From assembly GCF_037042905.1 (NCBI RefSeq), contig NC_087246.1, positions 45,632,001 through 45,696,000 on the forward strand: DNA of 64,000 bases, written 5' to 3'. The position numbers and the translations under genes are program-made. Shown in pieces: positions 49,301-60,288 of this stretch. Within the stretch, counting starts at the first letter, position 1. Each line of letters opens with the position of its first letter. Below the pieces are notes generated by a model. It searched no databases. It was not told the origin of the DNA and worked only from the letters and a program-made list of their open reading frames with translations. The DNA comes from Lytechinus pictus. Taxonomy: Eukaryota.

Positions 49301-52300
49301 ATAGTGAGTGGGTGATGTCATCGGACCCTCATTTGCATACTGAACAGGATGTGCATATAACTGTTTTGTGAAATTAAGCGAAACTTCAAAATGCCATAAC
49401 TTTCTTATTTTACATCCGATTTTGATGAAATTTTCAGTGTTATGCTTGTTTGAATTTTCCCTTTCTATTCAAATCAGTTCTTTGTTTGGGTGGACTTGTC
49501 CTTTAAATAGTGTATGAAGGGGGATGTGTGTTAACTTGAAATGAAAATCGCGTGTTGTCAATATGATATAAAAAACGGTACGTACGTCCTACAACTAACA
49601 TGACTAAAAGAAGGGGGATGATAAAAGTTCTACAACGAAACTATAATATGGAGCTCCTGCAACAGCTTTGCTGAGGACAATTTCCCGAAGTCCTATTATA
49701 TAAATTACCCGTTTTATCGTCATTTGTGTATGGACTGATGAATCAATACTACACTCCAAAACGATTGAGTAACACTTTTGCTATTGTTGGGTCAAATGGG
49801 AACGTGCAGGATGTAAAGTTGTATAAATCGTGTTTCACGAGTAAATTTTTAGGCTTACGAGCACAGTTAGGTCCTCGCCATCCATCTCTGCAAGTGCATG
49901 AGCAGTCGCTGTTCATTGTCCCACAGTTATGACACTCAGCCCTACATTCTGTGAAATTTGTTAACAAAAAAACAAAAACATACGTTTATATGTGCAAATT
50001 GATCGCACCCAGTGGTTTCAAGGCTCGGTCATTCGTGTTAAGCACTGACACTGTAATTTTCTTTTCAATAAATGTATCATATTTTTGTTTATTTATCTAT
50101 TCATTCTAGTTGTATAACTTGTTTGTATCCAGAGTGATCTCTTCAGTTCGATACAGAAGTACATTAGATTACACAAAAAATGTTAATAGAAAAAAGCACA
50201 TGGTCTTCCGCAGGACTCTTCATTACTGTCTCCATGCATGCCATACATGATACATAAAACACAAAGTGCATAGCATGAGGTAAATAAATAAAAAATCATT
50301 ATAAGAATCAACATCGAAACAAAAATAAATTACTTATCAATGTAAGAATAAAAAAACGGTGAGACAGAACCTAATTAATCAAAGAAATTATAGCTTAGCA
50401 GTCGCTGCAATATTTCACAAAATATATTTTAAGAGGATCTCGGGGAGCGAGCAATCCCTCTCATTCAGGCATGCTTTAGTCGACTATCATGACTATCCTT
50501 TATTTCACAGGAAGATCAACATTTATTTATTGCATTTCAGGGATAAAACTTTGATTTTAAGAGAATATCATTTTGCCAGTCGATCACTTCGCTCAATTGT
50601 AAGCAGGCCAGGAAAATACATTATCCGAATAGACATGATAAAGTCATTTTCGACAAGTATTTTACTTCAGGTTTCTGAAGTTTATAATGTCAATGAATCC
50701 CGATGTTCTCATTGACATGAATGCCAATCATAACTCACGTAGTGTTCTAACTTCGCAATTTCAGCAGCATATAGGTATCTTAATAAAAAAGAACATTTTT
50801 TTAAATTCTTACCAAGACAGTGGAAAAAATATAAATGAATACAGCTCCCGAATAAATGATAGTATTCAAATATATTGCTTTGAGTAAGTAAAGCGGGAAT
50901 TATTTTGTCCGAGGTTGGCAATATGGTTCTTTGTTTAAGGGCAATAAGGGCAATATTATTATCTACTATGTGTTAGTTCTCAAACTGGTTAGCTATCAAA
51001 ATCGGCTCCTACTGCGCAAGCGCACAAGCAGAAATATGGCCAAAGTTGCCTCTGTTTTTGTACAGTATTTCTATGGGCAAAGCCCGGAGAGAGTAACATG
51101 CCCAAATGTTTACCCCGTTGGTCTCGGATTGAAAGTAGCGAGCGAAATATGGCAATTATTATCTGCTAAAATGCCTTGTATGGGTAATAAAATAATAATG
51201 TTTTATATCCTACATTTAATAATTTAGAACAGATTTGATAATATAGTTCTGTACACGTAGTTCATCTTTTTCTTTTTTTTAATCTGAACCAAAATATAGA
51301 TAAAGCGATGCGCTGACTGACCTACTTTTCCTATTAGCCACGCACTCAGCGGAACGAGGATTTGTGCCGTTGCCGTCCCTTCACGGGACTTCAGTTGCCC
51401 GGTAGAATCACCTCGCTGACCGGTGCGCCCGAGAGATTGCATGATCTGTGTCAGACCTGTGACGTCAACGATGGAATAGTGCACTATTCCATCATCGACG
51501 TCATGGAATAGTTTTTTTTTTCGATGGTCGTTTCATATTCAACATCATCGCAAAATAGTGAGAATATGTTTGGCCATATGATGCTATTTAATCCAATCAG
51601 AATACAGGATTTAATTAATGTAGGATATGATAGAAACTAAGTACAGTCGTCATTCTGTGAAATGCAAGTGATATATATTTTTTGAAGAAAAAAAATAAAG
51701 ATACATGCCAAAAAGTGCATGGTTTTGGTCAAAGGTTGGTTTATATGCTCATTTCTCTGCTGTATGATGAAAAAGCCCATCAATTTAGCATTCTACAGGA
51801 AAGAAAGCAGGCCTATGAGAATGTGATGGTGAGTTAACAAATGTGAAGATACATATTTTTTTCCTTTAAAACTTTAAAAATACCGCCCTATACAGATTAT
51901 GAACGACTGACAATTGAAACATCAAAATTCATGACTACACACTTCAGGAAATACACCCCCCCAAAAAAAAAAAAAATATATAATAATAATAATAATAATA
52001 AAGCTGGTAAAAAGATGTCCACTGGAGCACCGGTGACCCTTTTCCCGACTTGACTAAATACGTTATTCAAAATATTAAAAGATATTTACTCCAACGTCAT
52101 AAATATTCTTACCACATGGCTCAGAATGGTCCGAACAGGGTCCTGCAAAACAAGAAATAAAAACAACATGATTTTACATGTTTTAATATCATAATAGGGA
52201 ATTTTCGCCTTCTGGAACGCAGGGAATCTATTGTCAAAATCCCTTCATGAAAAACAGTCTTTATCAGAAATCAGGGAATCTAAACAGCAGGACAAACATC

Positions 52301-53848
52301 ATATTTGCAATTTTTTATCCCGTCCGAATCTAAAGGCGATCTGCTACCCCGGTCCACGAACTTTCCAATATCAAATCTTGAAATGATATCTATTATTATT
52401 AAAGGTAAACTTTCTGTGTAATGGAAATTTAATTCAGGCTGATTACCGGAGGAAACTCAGTTGGATTTGGGGTTTGTAAATAATAAACCTTTAAAAATCA
52501 ATCAATGAAAAGAATGATAATAATAATCAGAAGAAGAAGAAGAGGAGGAAGAAGAAGAAGAAGAAAAAGAAGAAGAAAAAAAAAATAAACAGTTACTTAC
52601 TGCAAAGATTATTGAAGCATTCCCCGATGCCTGATGAACATTCAGTACAGCTTGGACCAGGAAGATAAACATCCTGCCCAACAATATTTCCACTGGTAGG
52701 GCAGGAAGAGATTTGGTAAATTATAACAATGATAATAATAACCAAATTAACGAATGTTTATGTAATGTATGATATGAATTATTCGCATCGATTCGTATGG
52801 TTTCGATCCATGGGAACATGGAAACACCCCCCTCCCCTTCCCAAAAAGGATGGGACTGACATGATAATACATGTGCCACCTAATTCTTGAAGGGTTGACT
52901 TTGTAACACTGTGCCAATAGTGTTCTTGAATGTTAACATAAAGCAGATCAAATTTGATTGTGTTTCATCTAGACATGAGGGAGTTTTTGCAAAGCGACGT
53001 ACGGAGGTTTCAAGAACTGAGAAAATCATGAACAAAGAACAACCAAGAATTCTTTGTCGAAGATTGGTGAAACAAAACAGCAGTTAAGTCCCTGACTCTG
53101 GACAAATGACATATTTGCAATTTTTCGTCATCTCCGATTCTCGAAAAAAACCTCCCAGCTTTGCTTTGTTATTTGGGGGGCATATATCAATATATTTCCA
53201 GTGTTTCTGAATCCTTCTAATGTCTAGATGTAACAGAGTTATAGTCAATCTGCAATCATCCGTAATATCAAAAGTTCTTGGACATTTTTTCCACATAAAT
53301 TCGGCTATTGACCGTTGAGGTAGGTCTATAATTTCCTGAAAATTGTACTTATTTAATAATCATTGGTTTGTTCGTATCGATAACAAATTTGATACAAGTA
53401 AAAGACAATAAGCACATGCTTGAAAGAAAAACGTCAGTGTGTTTTACGAGGAATGATAACAATGAAATAATATATAAATAAAAAAACAATATAATATTAT
53501 ATATTTTCCGACACTTAGCATGTACATCGCCTACTCCCTTGAGGTTGGTCATCTGTAGTGTGGTAAGGGTCACCTTTCTTCTGCTAAATACCGTCGAAGC
53601 ATACGTGGTATTTTACTGTTTCACTACCATTATGTCAATTCTATGCATGGGATAAATTACGTATTTGTAACGAAGTCACTTTGGAAGAATGAATGTTAAT
53701 TTGATTTAATTTAAATGATTGGATATAATATCAATACTAACCCTGGACCATAGTTGCAGGTTATTATGTACGTATTTGGAAAATAATTAACAAGGCTGCT
53801 GCAAAAGGTTCGTCCACACCCGACTGCGTAAGACTCGGCCCAAACCAC
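26892..53848 (-). CDS. 5'-incomplete multi-exon gene: type-I membrane CAP/SCP - EGF - ShKT - mucin - EGF - SEA-like - TM protein
   Basis: Exons 53848-53742, 52692-52601, 52142-52113, 49948-49859, 48607-48494, 47289-47263, 47107-46724, 46374-46316, 45053-44941, 43300-43071, 42638-42428, 26964-26892. All are GT-AG, the phases match, and they total 1530 nt (509 aa + stop). Confidence 0.85.
28061..32898 (+). repeat. Left-arm tandem array, 9 units of 371-391 bp
   Basis: Unit starts at 28061, 28450, 28832, 30519, 30910, 31294, 31665, 32055, 32444, then a last terminus copy at 32835. Confidence 0.95.
28933..30246. mobile_element. EnSpm/CACTA-like non-autonomous element (CCC...GGG, 2-bp TSD)
   Basis: tg|cccagaaggaaaaaccagt ... 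actggtttttccttctggg|tg; sibling units give the empty site gatcttggatac; many actggt/accagt subterminal motifs; internal ~175-bp duplication and an ATA-rich tract. Confidence 0.85.
33155..34645. mobile_element. hAT-like element (inverted relative of 22617-24197) inserted into a left-end fragment of its own family starting at 33081
   Basis: cagtggcgtaatt ... aattacgccgctg; imperfect TSD attatcat/catatcat. Confidence 0.7.
34856..36189. mobile_element. 1.33-kb non-autonomous hAT-like element
   Basis: ttgtgttc|cagtggcgtagcta ... tagctacgccactagctg|ttgtgttc; internal gcgagcgcgaagcgcg motifs. Confidence 0.8.
36854..37402. mobile_element. Kolobok-type palindromic MITE (TTAA)
   Basis: ttaa|agggatgg...ctgaa ... 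ttcagccaggaccatccct|ttta; internal inverted symmetry. Confidence 0.7.
37559..40875 (-). repeat. Right-arm tandem array, 8 full units plus 1 partial, inverted relative to the left arm
   Basis: Hairpin/terminus motifs at about 37720, 38108, 38500, 38894, 39288, 39682, 40081, 40483 and 40875. Confidence 0.95.
42428..42638 (-). CDS. Exon encoding the transmembrane helix (YVLIIIIAIIVALAIVLAIITICW)
   Basis: cattctag acceptor, AG|gtaata donor. Confidence 0.9.
43071..43300 (-). CDS. Exon: juxtamembrane SEA-like region with RKRR and RDKR sites
   Basis: catcacag acceptor, G|gtatgt donor; in frame with both neighbours. Confidence 0.85.
44941..45053 (-). CDS. Exon FPRIRDLLFALVSRLVTGVCNGDIFYPLCCPGGTGKD
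   Basis: ttgctacag acceptor, gtaagt donor. Confidence 0.85.
45388..45455 (+). mobile_element. SINE tRNA-like head fragment
   Basis: ggggcgtcgtg...gactctcgtctttcaatc...ggttcgattccc, homologous to the heads at 5612 and 58008. Confidence 0.6.
46316..46374 (-). CDS. Exon (N)LKTQVRYGVELTIGADISI
   Basis: ttttctcgcag acceptor, gtaagt donor. Confidence 0.85.
46724..47107 (-). CDS. Exon: Thr/Pro mucin stalk (3 x 17-aa / 51-bp repeat) plus EGF-like domain
   Basis: TTTQLPQTTPEVTQAP x3; CTLTCLNGGRLDSRQCICNCLSQYQGSRC; donor gtaggt. Confidence 0.9.
47263..47289 (-). CDS. 27-nt micro-exon (N)PADPDFIC
   Basis: ctcttttacag / gtaagt; phase 1-1. Confidence 0.75.
47564..47864. mobile_element. hAT-like MITE
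   Basis: agtagtag|catgggcggaaatc ... gatttccgccctta|agtagtag. Confidence 0.7.
48494..48607 (-). CDS. Exon: ShKT-like 6-Cys domain
   Basis: CENTDIRCGNGWPTSWCGDSQFPFVDAACHLLCGYC (terminal CxxxCxxC); gtgagt donor. Confidence 0.88.
48910..49502. mobile_element. Kolobok-type palindromic MITE
   Basis: ttaa|aggtcaagtccaccc ... gggtggacttgtcct|ttaa. Confidence 0.85.
49859..49948 (-). CDS. Exon: EGF-like domain
   Basis: CRAECHNCGTMNSDCSCTCRDGWRGPNCA; tttcacag / gtaagc. Confidence 0.9.
52113..52142 (-). CDS. 30-nt micro-exon (R)PCSDHSEPC
   Basis: ttttgcag / gtaaga; phase 1-1. Confidence 0.75.
52601..52692 (-). CDS. Exon: end of the CAP domain and hinge GNIVGQDVYLPGPSCTECSSGIGECFNNLC
   Basis: CRISP-type hinge (Y..G..C..C...C.NNLC); gtaagt donor. 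Confidence 0.9.
53742..53848 (-). CDS. Exon: CAP/SCP domain core VVWAESYAVGCG...TCNYGP
   Basis: Canonical CAP motifs (VVW, VGCG, CNYGP); ttcccttcag acceptor; the preceding GHYTQ exon was not found in the window. Confidence 0.92.
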
Positions 53849-54788
53849 CTGAAGGGAAAGAAAACAAACCTCCGTTTAGACTGATCGTAAAAGAAGATTT
53901 AGAAGGATCTTAACGTATTATGAAGGTGATACTTCTGTGATGAAGGTAATTATGCTTGTCCTCGTATTTATTCCCTGTATTCATTATACATAATCGTATG
54001 ATGAGACTTGATATGTCACATTTTCAAACTGATCTTGAAACAAGATTATAATTACTATAATTAAGCATTTACCTCTTTATTGAGAATGGATGCTGTACAC
54101 CTTCTAAATTAAATGTAATATTTTACTTTACATTCATTCAAAACTATTTTATTCCTATGACTGATCAAACAATGATTGAAAAATGAAGATTTTTTTAAAG
54201 TTTGTAGTAAACTTTCATCTATCGGGGATGAGCGAATATTAAAAATTAATTAGTTTTGTACAAACCTATTTCTTTATATAAATTTTTACTAGCGCACTAT
54301 CAGTTTTGCCTCAACGGTTATGAATAATTTCAGATGAATATACAGAACGAGTTCAAACATGATTTTTCATCTTTGGCCTTTGATTGATTTACTTTCAGTT
54401 CTTAATAATTAGACAGATATCATGGATATAGAGTATTTATATTGCACAAAATTATGATTATGATATTAAACACCTTGTTAGCCTCGTACTCAATGCGCTT
54501 CGATCTTTACAATTTCGGTGCACGCTCTCATGATTTGTTTATTTAGATGGACATTCTGTTCAAATGTGCTCAAAACGGCCCCATTGGATCTAATCCACGT
54601 ATTCCCCTTAAAAGGGGCTCCAAAGTGTATTCGATATAACGATCAAGGAACCACATTAACACAAGACAATTATTTTTAGCGGTCAATTTCTCTGCATAGG
54701 GAACAAGACGTAATATGACGGGCAATGTTTTGGTTGTTTGTTTGCCTGTTGTTGGCATACGTACATGTTCGGCGGATTCTCATACACG

Positions 54789-55004
54789 CACTAGCGTACC
54801 TACGGGGGGGGGGGGGGGGGGCAGAGGGGGCAGTCTGCCCCCCCCCCCTGACGAGCCACAACCCATGCAAAGGACGTATCCCTGCCCCCCTGACGAGCTT
54901 GAAATACCTTTTTTGCCCCCCCCCTCTGACGAGCTTCAAGACATTTTTTGGTGGACGGTTTGTCCCCCCCCCCCCCTCTGTGAAAAATCCTAGGTACGCC
55001 ACTG
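54789..55004. mobile_element. hAT-like MITE (same family as 4502 and 21653)
   Basis: 8-bp TSD catacacg; TIRs cactagcgtacc / ggtacgccactg. Confidence 0.85.
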
Positions 55005-55732
55005 CATACACGTATACCATGTACCGTCAATGGTGATTTTGTATATAGGCATATTGCATTCATAATTTTAGGATATATGGCCAAATAACTCCTTATTGGA
55101 ATAACGATGCAACCTTCTTCTTTTTACAGCTTTTCCCCGTGTTGGTTGGTCGTTTTTTTCTCTCCAAAAGTTACAAACATCAGTTCTTCATATAAAACCT
55201 GAAAAATATCGAAAAAGAGACAGCGATGTCCAATTTTGCTAAACTTTGTCAGCACCTCGACCTCTATTGTTATTATTATTTTAATTATTTATTCGGCATA
55301 ATCAAACACATAAACAACATATACAAACAATAGGATAAGGAGAGTCACATGGATGCCGGGAAAGGAAAAAGATTAACTAAATAACTATAACCCGAAGGTC
55401 TTCCTTTCCAATCCATGTGACTTTACAAAGATAACATACATGTAATACAAAATAGTAAAATACAACTATATAGTTATTGAAGATGACAACAAATTAAATT
55501 AGAATATTACGGTGGCACCAATTTTTATGTTTCGAAAATAAATTCTGCTAGTTTTGTACAATGTACGAGATTATTTGTTTTTATTTTTGGTAAAAAGGAC
55601 CTTTTTGTTATGCCCTCGCTTGTAGGGACCACATTCAGCTCAGATATACTATCGGACGTTCAGTTTGGTCAACATTCCGAATCGGATGGTGGTACTTCGT
55701 CCGTTTGATTAATAGTCATCTAGCTACCTGAC

Positions 55733-55907
55733 TGGTATGCAAGTACAGACTCATATTTGATATTAACCAATTGTGTCTACACCGGAGACAATACGACAAA
55801 GACTCTGTCTACGTCTGAGAGCCAGCCACAGTGAAACTAGTCTCACTTCTTCAAACGTTGCATTATACACTATGCGAACTGCAAAAAAGGTATGTGCCTG
55901 CAGACTA
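55733..55907. mobile_element. TAG...CTA-family MITE with 9-bp TSD
   Basis: ctacctgac|tggtatgcaagtacagac ... gtatgtgcctgcagacta|ctacctgac. Confidence 0.75.
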
Positions 55908-56885
55908 CTACCTGACTATTTGTACAACCCTCACTTGGATGCTGCAATATACTTTTTTATATATTTTTTTGTTTTTCATTCATTTTAGTCTCATAATCTC
56001 ATAATCAATATTATTTGACTAACAATGACTAATTAAAATATCGACATTTCTTTTCCAGAGATGGGCTTATTATTTTTTTATTGTTAGGATGATATGTTGA
56101 GCACAACATAGTTTTCAATTAGATGTCCTCTATCAGCTTCTTAGTCAAATATAATTTATAGATAAATATCAAAGAATGAGCAGCTGTATGTGTTAAAGGA
56201 GTGCAATATTTACTCATTTGATCAGATACGGATAATGATTGTTTTGCCCACAAGAGAAAATGTTCTTTGTGTGCATATTTCACGGGTACACTTTGGAACC
56301 AGCTATGATGACGACAGTTGACAGTTGAAAATCAGAATGTCTGAAATATTCACCGAGTAGAATTCACCGAGCAAACACTGAAAAAATGGGTGACATCTGA
56401 TAACAAGTAACAAAGTTATTGCATTTTTAAAACTTTAGCATTACTTTGGGAGAACAGTTCATAATATGCACACCCTCATATTCATTAGGTCGGCTGATGA
56501 TGTCATGTTTTCATTTACATTTTTCTCATGTTATCACATGGAATGATATTAAAATCATAGTTTCATACATGTGTGCATGGTAAAGGTATTTGATTTGATT
56601 TGATTTGATTTGAATTTATTTGAATACATAACAATATAATATAACATAGATGTAACAAACATATATTGACAATAAATCAGGTATAAATCATTTAGCATAA
56701 AATTAATAGCAGAAGATGGATTGCCATAGTAAGCAAAAAAATGCTTGAAAAATATGACAATCCGAAACATATTTTAACCATATAATCATATTATGAGCAG
56801 AATGGAGAATAACAAATTATTAAAGTATCAATTAAGTATAATATAAAAAAGAGAAGAACAAAATCTAACAAGCCAAAACTTGCTA

Positions 56886-57016
56886 NNNNNNNNNNNNNNN
56901 NNNNNNNNNNNNNNNNNNNNNNNNNNNNNNNNNNNNNNNNNNNNNNNNNNNNNNNNNNNNNNNNNNNNNNNNNNNNNNNNNNNNNNNNNNNNNNNNNNNN
57001 NNNNNNNNNNNNNNNN
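56886..57016. other. Assembly gap (131 N)
   Basis: Run of N. Confidence 1.
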
Positions 57017-57790
57017 GTAACAAAATAACGGTTGCAGCAATGATTACCTTACACATTACATCAGTAGTCAATATAGTTTGATAAAAATAAAGAAATTCTA
57101 TATGTAATGGAATGCAAAATATGCCATCAGCAGCTTTCTCACTGCACATTCATAAAGACATGCACAGAAATGTTTCAACGAAATAATGCAACGCTTTATA
57201 AGATGTCATAACTTTGTTACTCCTTGTACAATGATTACATTTCTAGTGTCTTGTTTGTCTGATTTCACCATGTCTTTTCAAATCATAATATTTTCATCCT
57301 GAAATACCAATTTATTATATTTATTTTTTTACTTTATGTCATGATTAATTAATTAATGTTTACAGATACTAAGGGTCCCTTAACACCATGTGGCTTAACA
57401 TCGATCTATTGGAGGCATAATAGTCATGATAGTGATCCAGTCGGAAGCCTTTATCATCAAATGTTTTTAAAGGGTTTACTCTGATTTCATATCTGTTTTT
57501 CATAATAATTTTCTATTTCAAGATGAAAAATGAAACATATTACGTGGCTTTAAAATTTTGGTCGTACAGTCCAGAATCTAGATTATTCTATCTCTCTTCT
57601 TTTTTTTTTACTCTTTACAAATCTAACGCCATTTCCACGAGTTGTCGTACGCCGTAGATGGCGTTGTATCGCCCCCTCCCTCTTGAAATGATTGCTCTCT
57701 ATCAGCTAGACATCTTAGTAGCTCTTCTGATATATTAAACGCCACCTCTTGCAGATTGCAAGAAGAGAGAGTTAGCACAAGAGAACATAT

Positions 57791-57951
57791 AGGTCCCGTA
57801 ATACAAAGGTTAGCGATTGATCGTTAATTTCAAAGAATAATACTGATTGGTTCATAGTCAATCTATACTTGGCAAAATCCGCATGCTATGAGGATCTTGA
57901 TTGGTCATTTCATATAGCGATTAATTGCTAACCTTTGTGGTACGGGAACCT
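57791..57951. mobile_element. Small MITE (relative of 6085-6241)
   Basis: ggtcccgtaatacaaaggttagcgat ... attgctaacctttgtggtacgggaacc. Confidence 0.65.
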
Positions 57952-58007
57952 TGTCTCACGTGGTAGCTGTTGGCAGGTAACAAACTATTGAAGCATACCC
58001 TTGAGTT

Positions 58008-58160
58008 GGGGGCGTCGTGGTCTAGTGATTACGACTCTCGTCTTTCAATCAGAGGAACTTGGGTTAGAATTACAGCCTTCAGCAAGAAATTTACCCACAT
58101 TGTGCAACACTTAACCCAGGTGAGGTGAACGGGTACCCGGCAGGAATAATTTCTTGAATG
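58008..58160 (+). mobile_element. 3'-truncated tRNA-derived SINE
   Basis: ggggcgtcgtggtctagtg head; cccaggtgaggtgaacgggtacccggcagg core. Confidence 0.7.
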
Positions 58161-60288
58161 CACCAAGCGCCTTTGGCAGCTGACGCCATTGCCAAGGTAA
58201 CATATAATGCGTCATTAAATTGGGAAAATAGACAATTATTGGCTCCTCATGAATGCTACATACATGACATAGGCCTAATACTAAAATCGTGGTTATTATG
58301 TTTCGCACATTTTTTTTTTCCAAATGAAAATCAGCTTGAGATGAACCTTGACCTCCTTTCAAACATTTCGGTATCATCTCAGACAACCCTGTCTTTTTGT
58401 AAAGAATACGTGAATAAATGAATATATAAATATATAACTAAATTAATTAATTAATAATGTTGATTGAAAGCGGCATGCAGCAATAATGGACATCAACAAA
58501 TGGTTTACCATGCGACTTGTGTTTTAGCCAACGCGGCAATGATTTATGTTTAATTTCACATTTCCACTCAAGGTCATTTCAAGTTTTCTCTGTAGGTCAT
58601 TCAAGGGTAATTCCATCAGTAATATTCCATCGAGTGTGTTTACCTCAGCTTGGAAATTGCTGACGTCGATATCGATAAAGGTGCGTTTTATTAATTGCGA
58701 CATTCATATGTATATTATTTTGATAGGTTGCTTCTGCCATTTATCAGATTTACCATGTTTGATCACATGTTGAAGCTCTCACAAACGAACGAGATAATTT
58801 TGATTGGTTTGCGAAATTATTGTTATATGCGCCACGCTGGCAAGATTGAAATCATTTTCTGATTTGGCTTCTTAGCTGCAAAAAAGGTAAGTTTGTTCCG
58901 ACGTACTGCCGGTATAGTGAGAAACAAGGTACTAGTAGAAACTTCTTCTAGACATGTATTTCTGAAGTCATAGTTGCACAAAAACTTTCATTGATATCAT
59001 GTAATGAGGTGAAGTATTGCTTTATTCATGATTAATTATGTTAATCCCTACAAAATACATAATTTATTAGATTTAGTCATTAGAGTGAAACTTTTTAAGT
59101 ACTTTTTTTTTATTTTGAAATGATTCACACTGTGGATTCTTTGAGGTTCTATGTAATTACCAAATAATAATCACATTTAATAATCATTCTGATATTCTAC
59201 TGAAAATTATTTTTGTTTAATACAATCTCTCCTTATAATGTATTAGAGTCTACCTTGCGATGTTCATTTGCTTGCTGCGTTGGTAGGAGAAAAAAATCAC
59301 ACTTAAGTCCACGTTGTTTTCAAACAGTGCAAGCATATTATTTTTTACACTTCGGTGACGACATTTCTTGACAACTGATCAAACCTTAGTCGTAAATATA
59401 CATTATCACATTTTGTTAGCAGTCATGCCTTTGACTAAATATAAACCTATAGTCATAGGCAAGAACGCATAAACCTATACACCTGGAATGTGGTTCAAGA
59501 AATCGTATTTTTCTGGGTTTCCCAAAGTTCTAATTTAATGGTATTGTTTAACTTTGTGAGCAGCCGATTAAAAAAATTCTCAAACCAAGATGAATCATGT
59601 GTACAAGTGCATGTATTAGAACTAATAAAACCCTGAAAACAACCATTATTGAGAATAAAAAGCTAAAACTACAAGGCAAACCCCGATTTTGTAAATAGGC
59701 GTCTTATAGACGCCTAAATAGTACACATAAGTGTATGGGATGAAATTAAGATGGTGTTTTCGGTCACTTTATATTTCAATTTTTGAAGCACTAAATAATA
59801 ATTTTCGAACGCAATTTTTTCTGGGCTTCATTTTTGTAACATATCACAAACATAGGTGACAAGTGTGACCTTCTAGCTCAGATTTTTTTAAGTCAAACCA
59901 ATGTTAACCAATCACTTAATGAAAGCGGTAAGTCCCTCTTGGCAATGGGTGGGCTTTTATGTACGACAGGTATACAATTTTCAATATACTTGGTCATAAA
60001 TGAGACTGAAAATATTTTTAGAAATGATGCAATTATGATGTCACTAAATCATGTGATAATAGGTATCAGGTTCATGTTGGTTTTCATAATATTTTGTTGA
60101 TTTTGATGCTTGCGTCGCACACATTCCTGGGTAACTTTTAAGAGAGTATAGGCTTTTGCGCTAACCGTTCTCTGCGGCCTCGAATGACTCCTCTCCCGGA
60201 TGATTGTTGAGGAACTCTACGCTGCGGGCGCGGACGCGACTCTTTCGGAAGACAAACCCAAGGCCTAAGATAACAGCGGTATCTATGA

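Noticed and set aside
60184-60268. Ankyrin-like peptide MTPL / MIVEELYAAGADAT on the + strand
   Set aside because: Too short, needs a frameshift, no splice support; probably chance or an unidentifiable relic
53849-60288. Search for upstream CAP exons (signal peptide, HNxxR, GENL, GHYTQ)
   Set aside because: No matching exon found by eye; they may lie in the N gap or beyond the window
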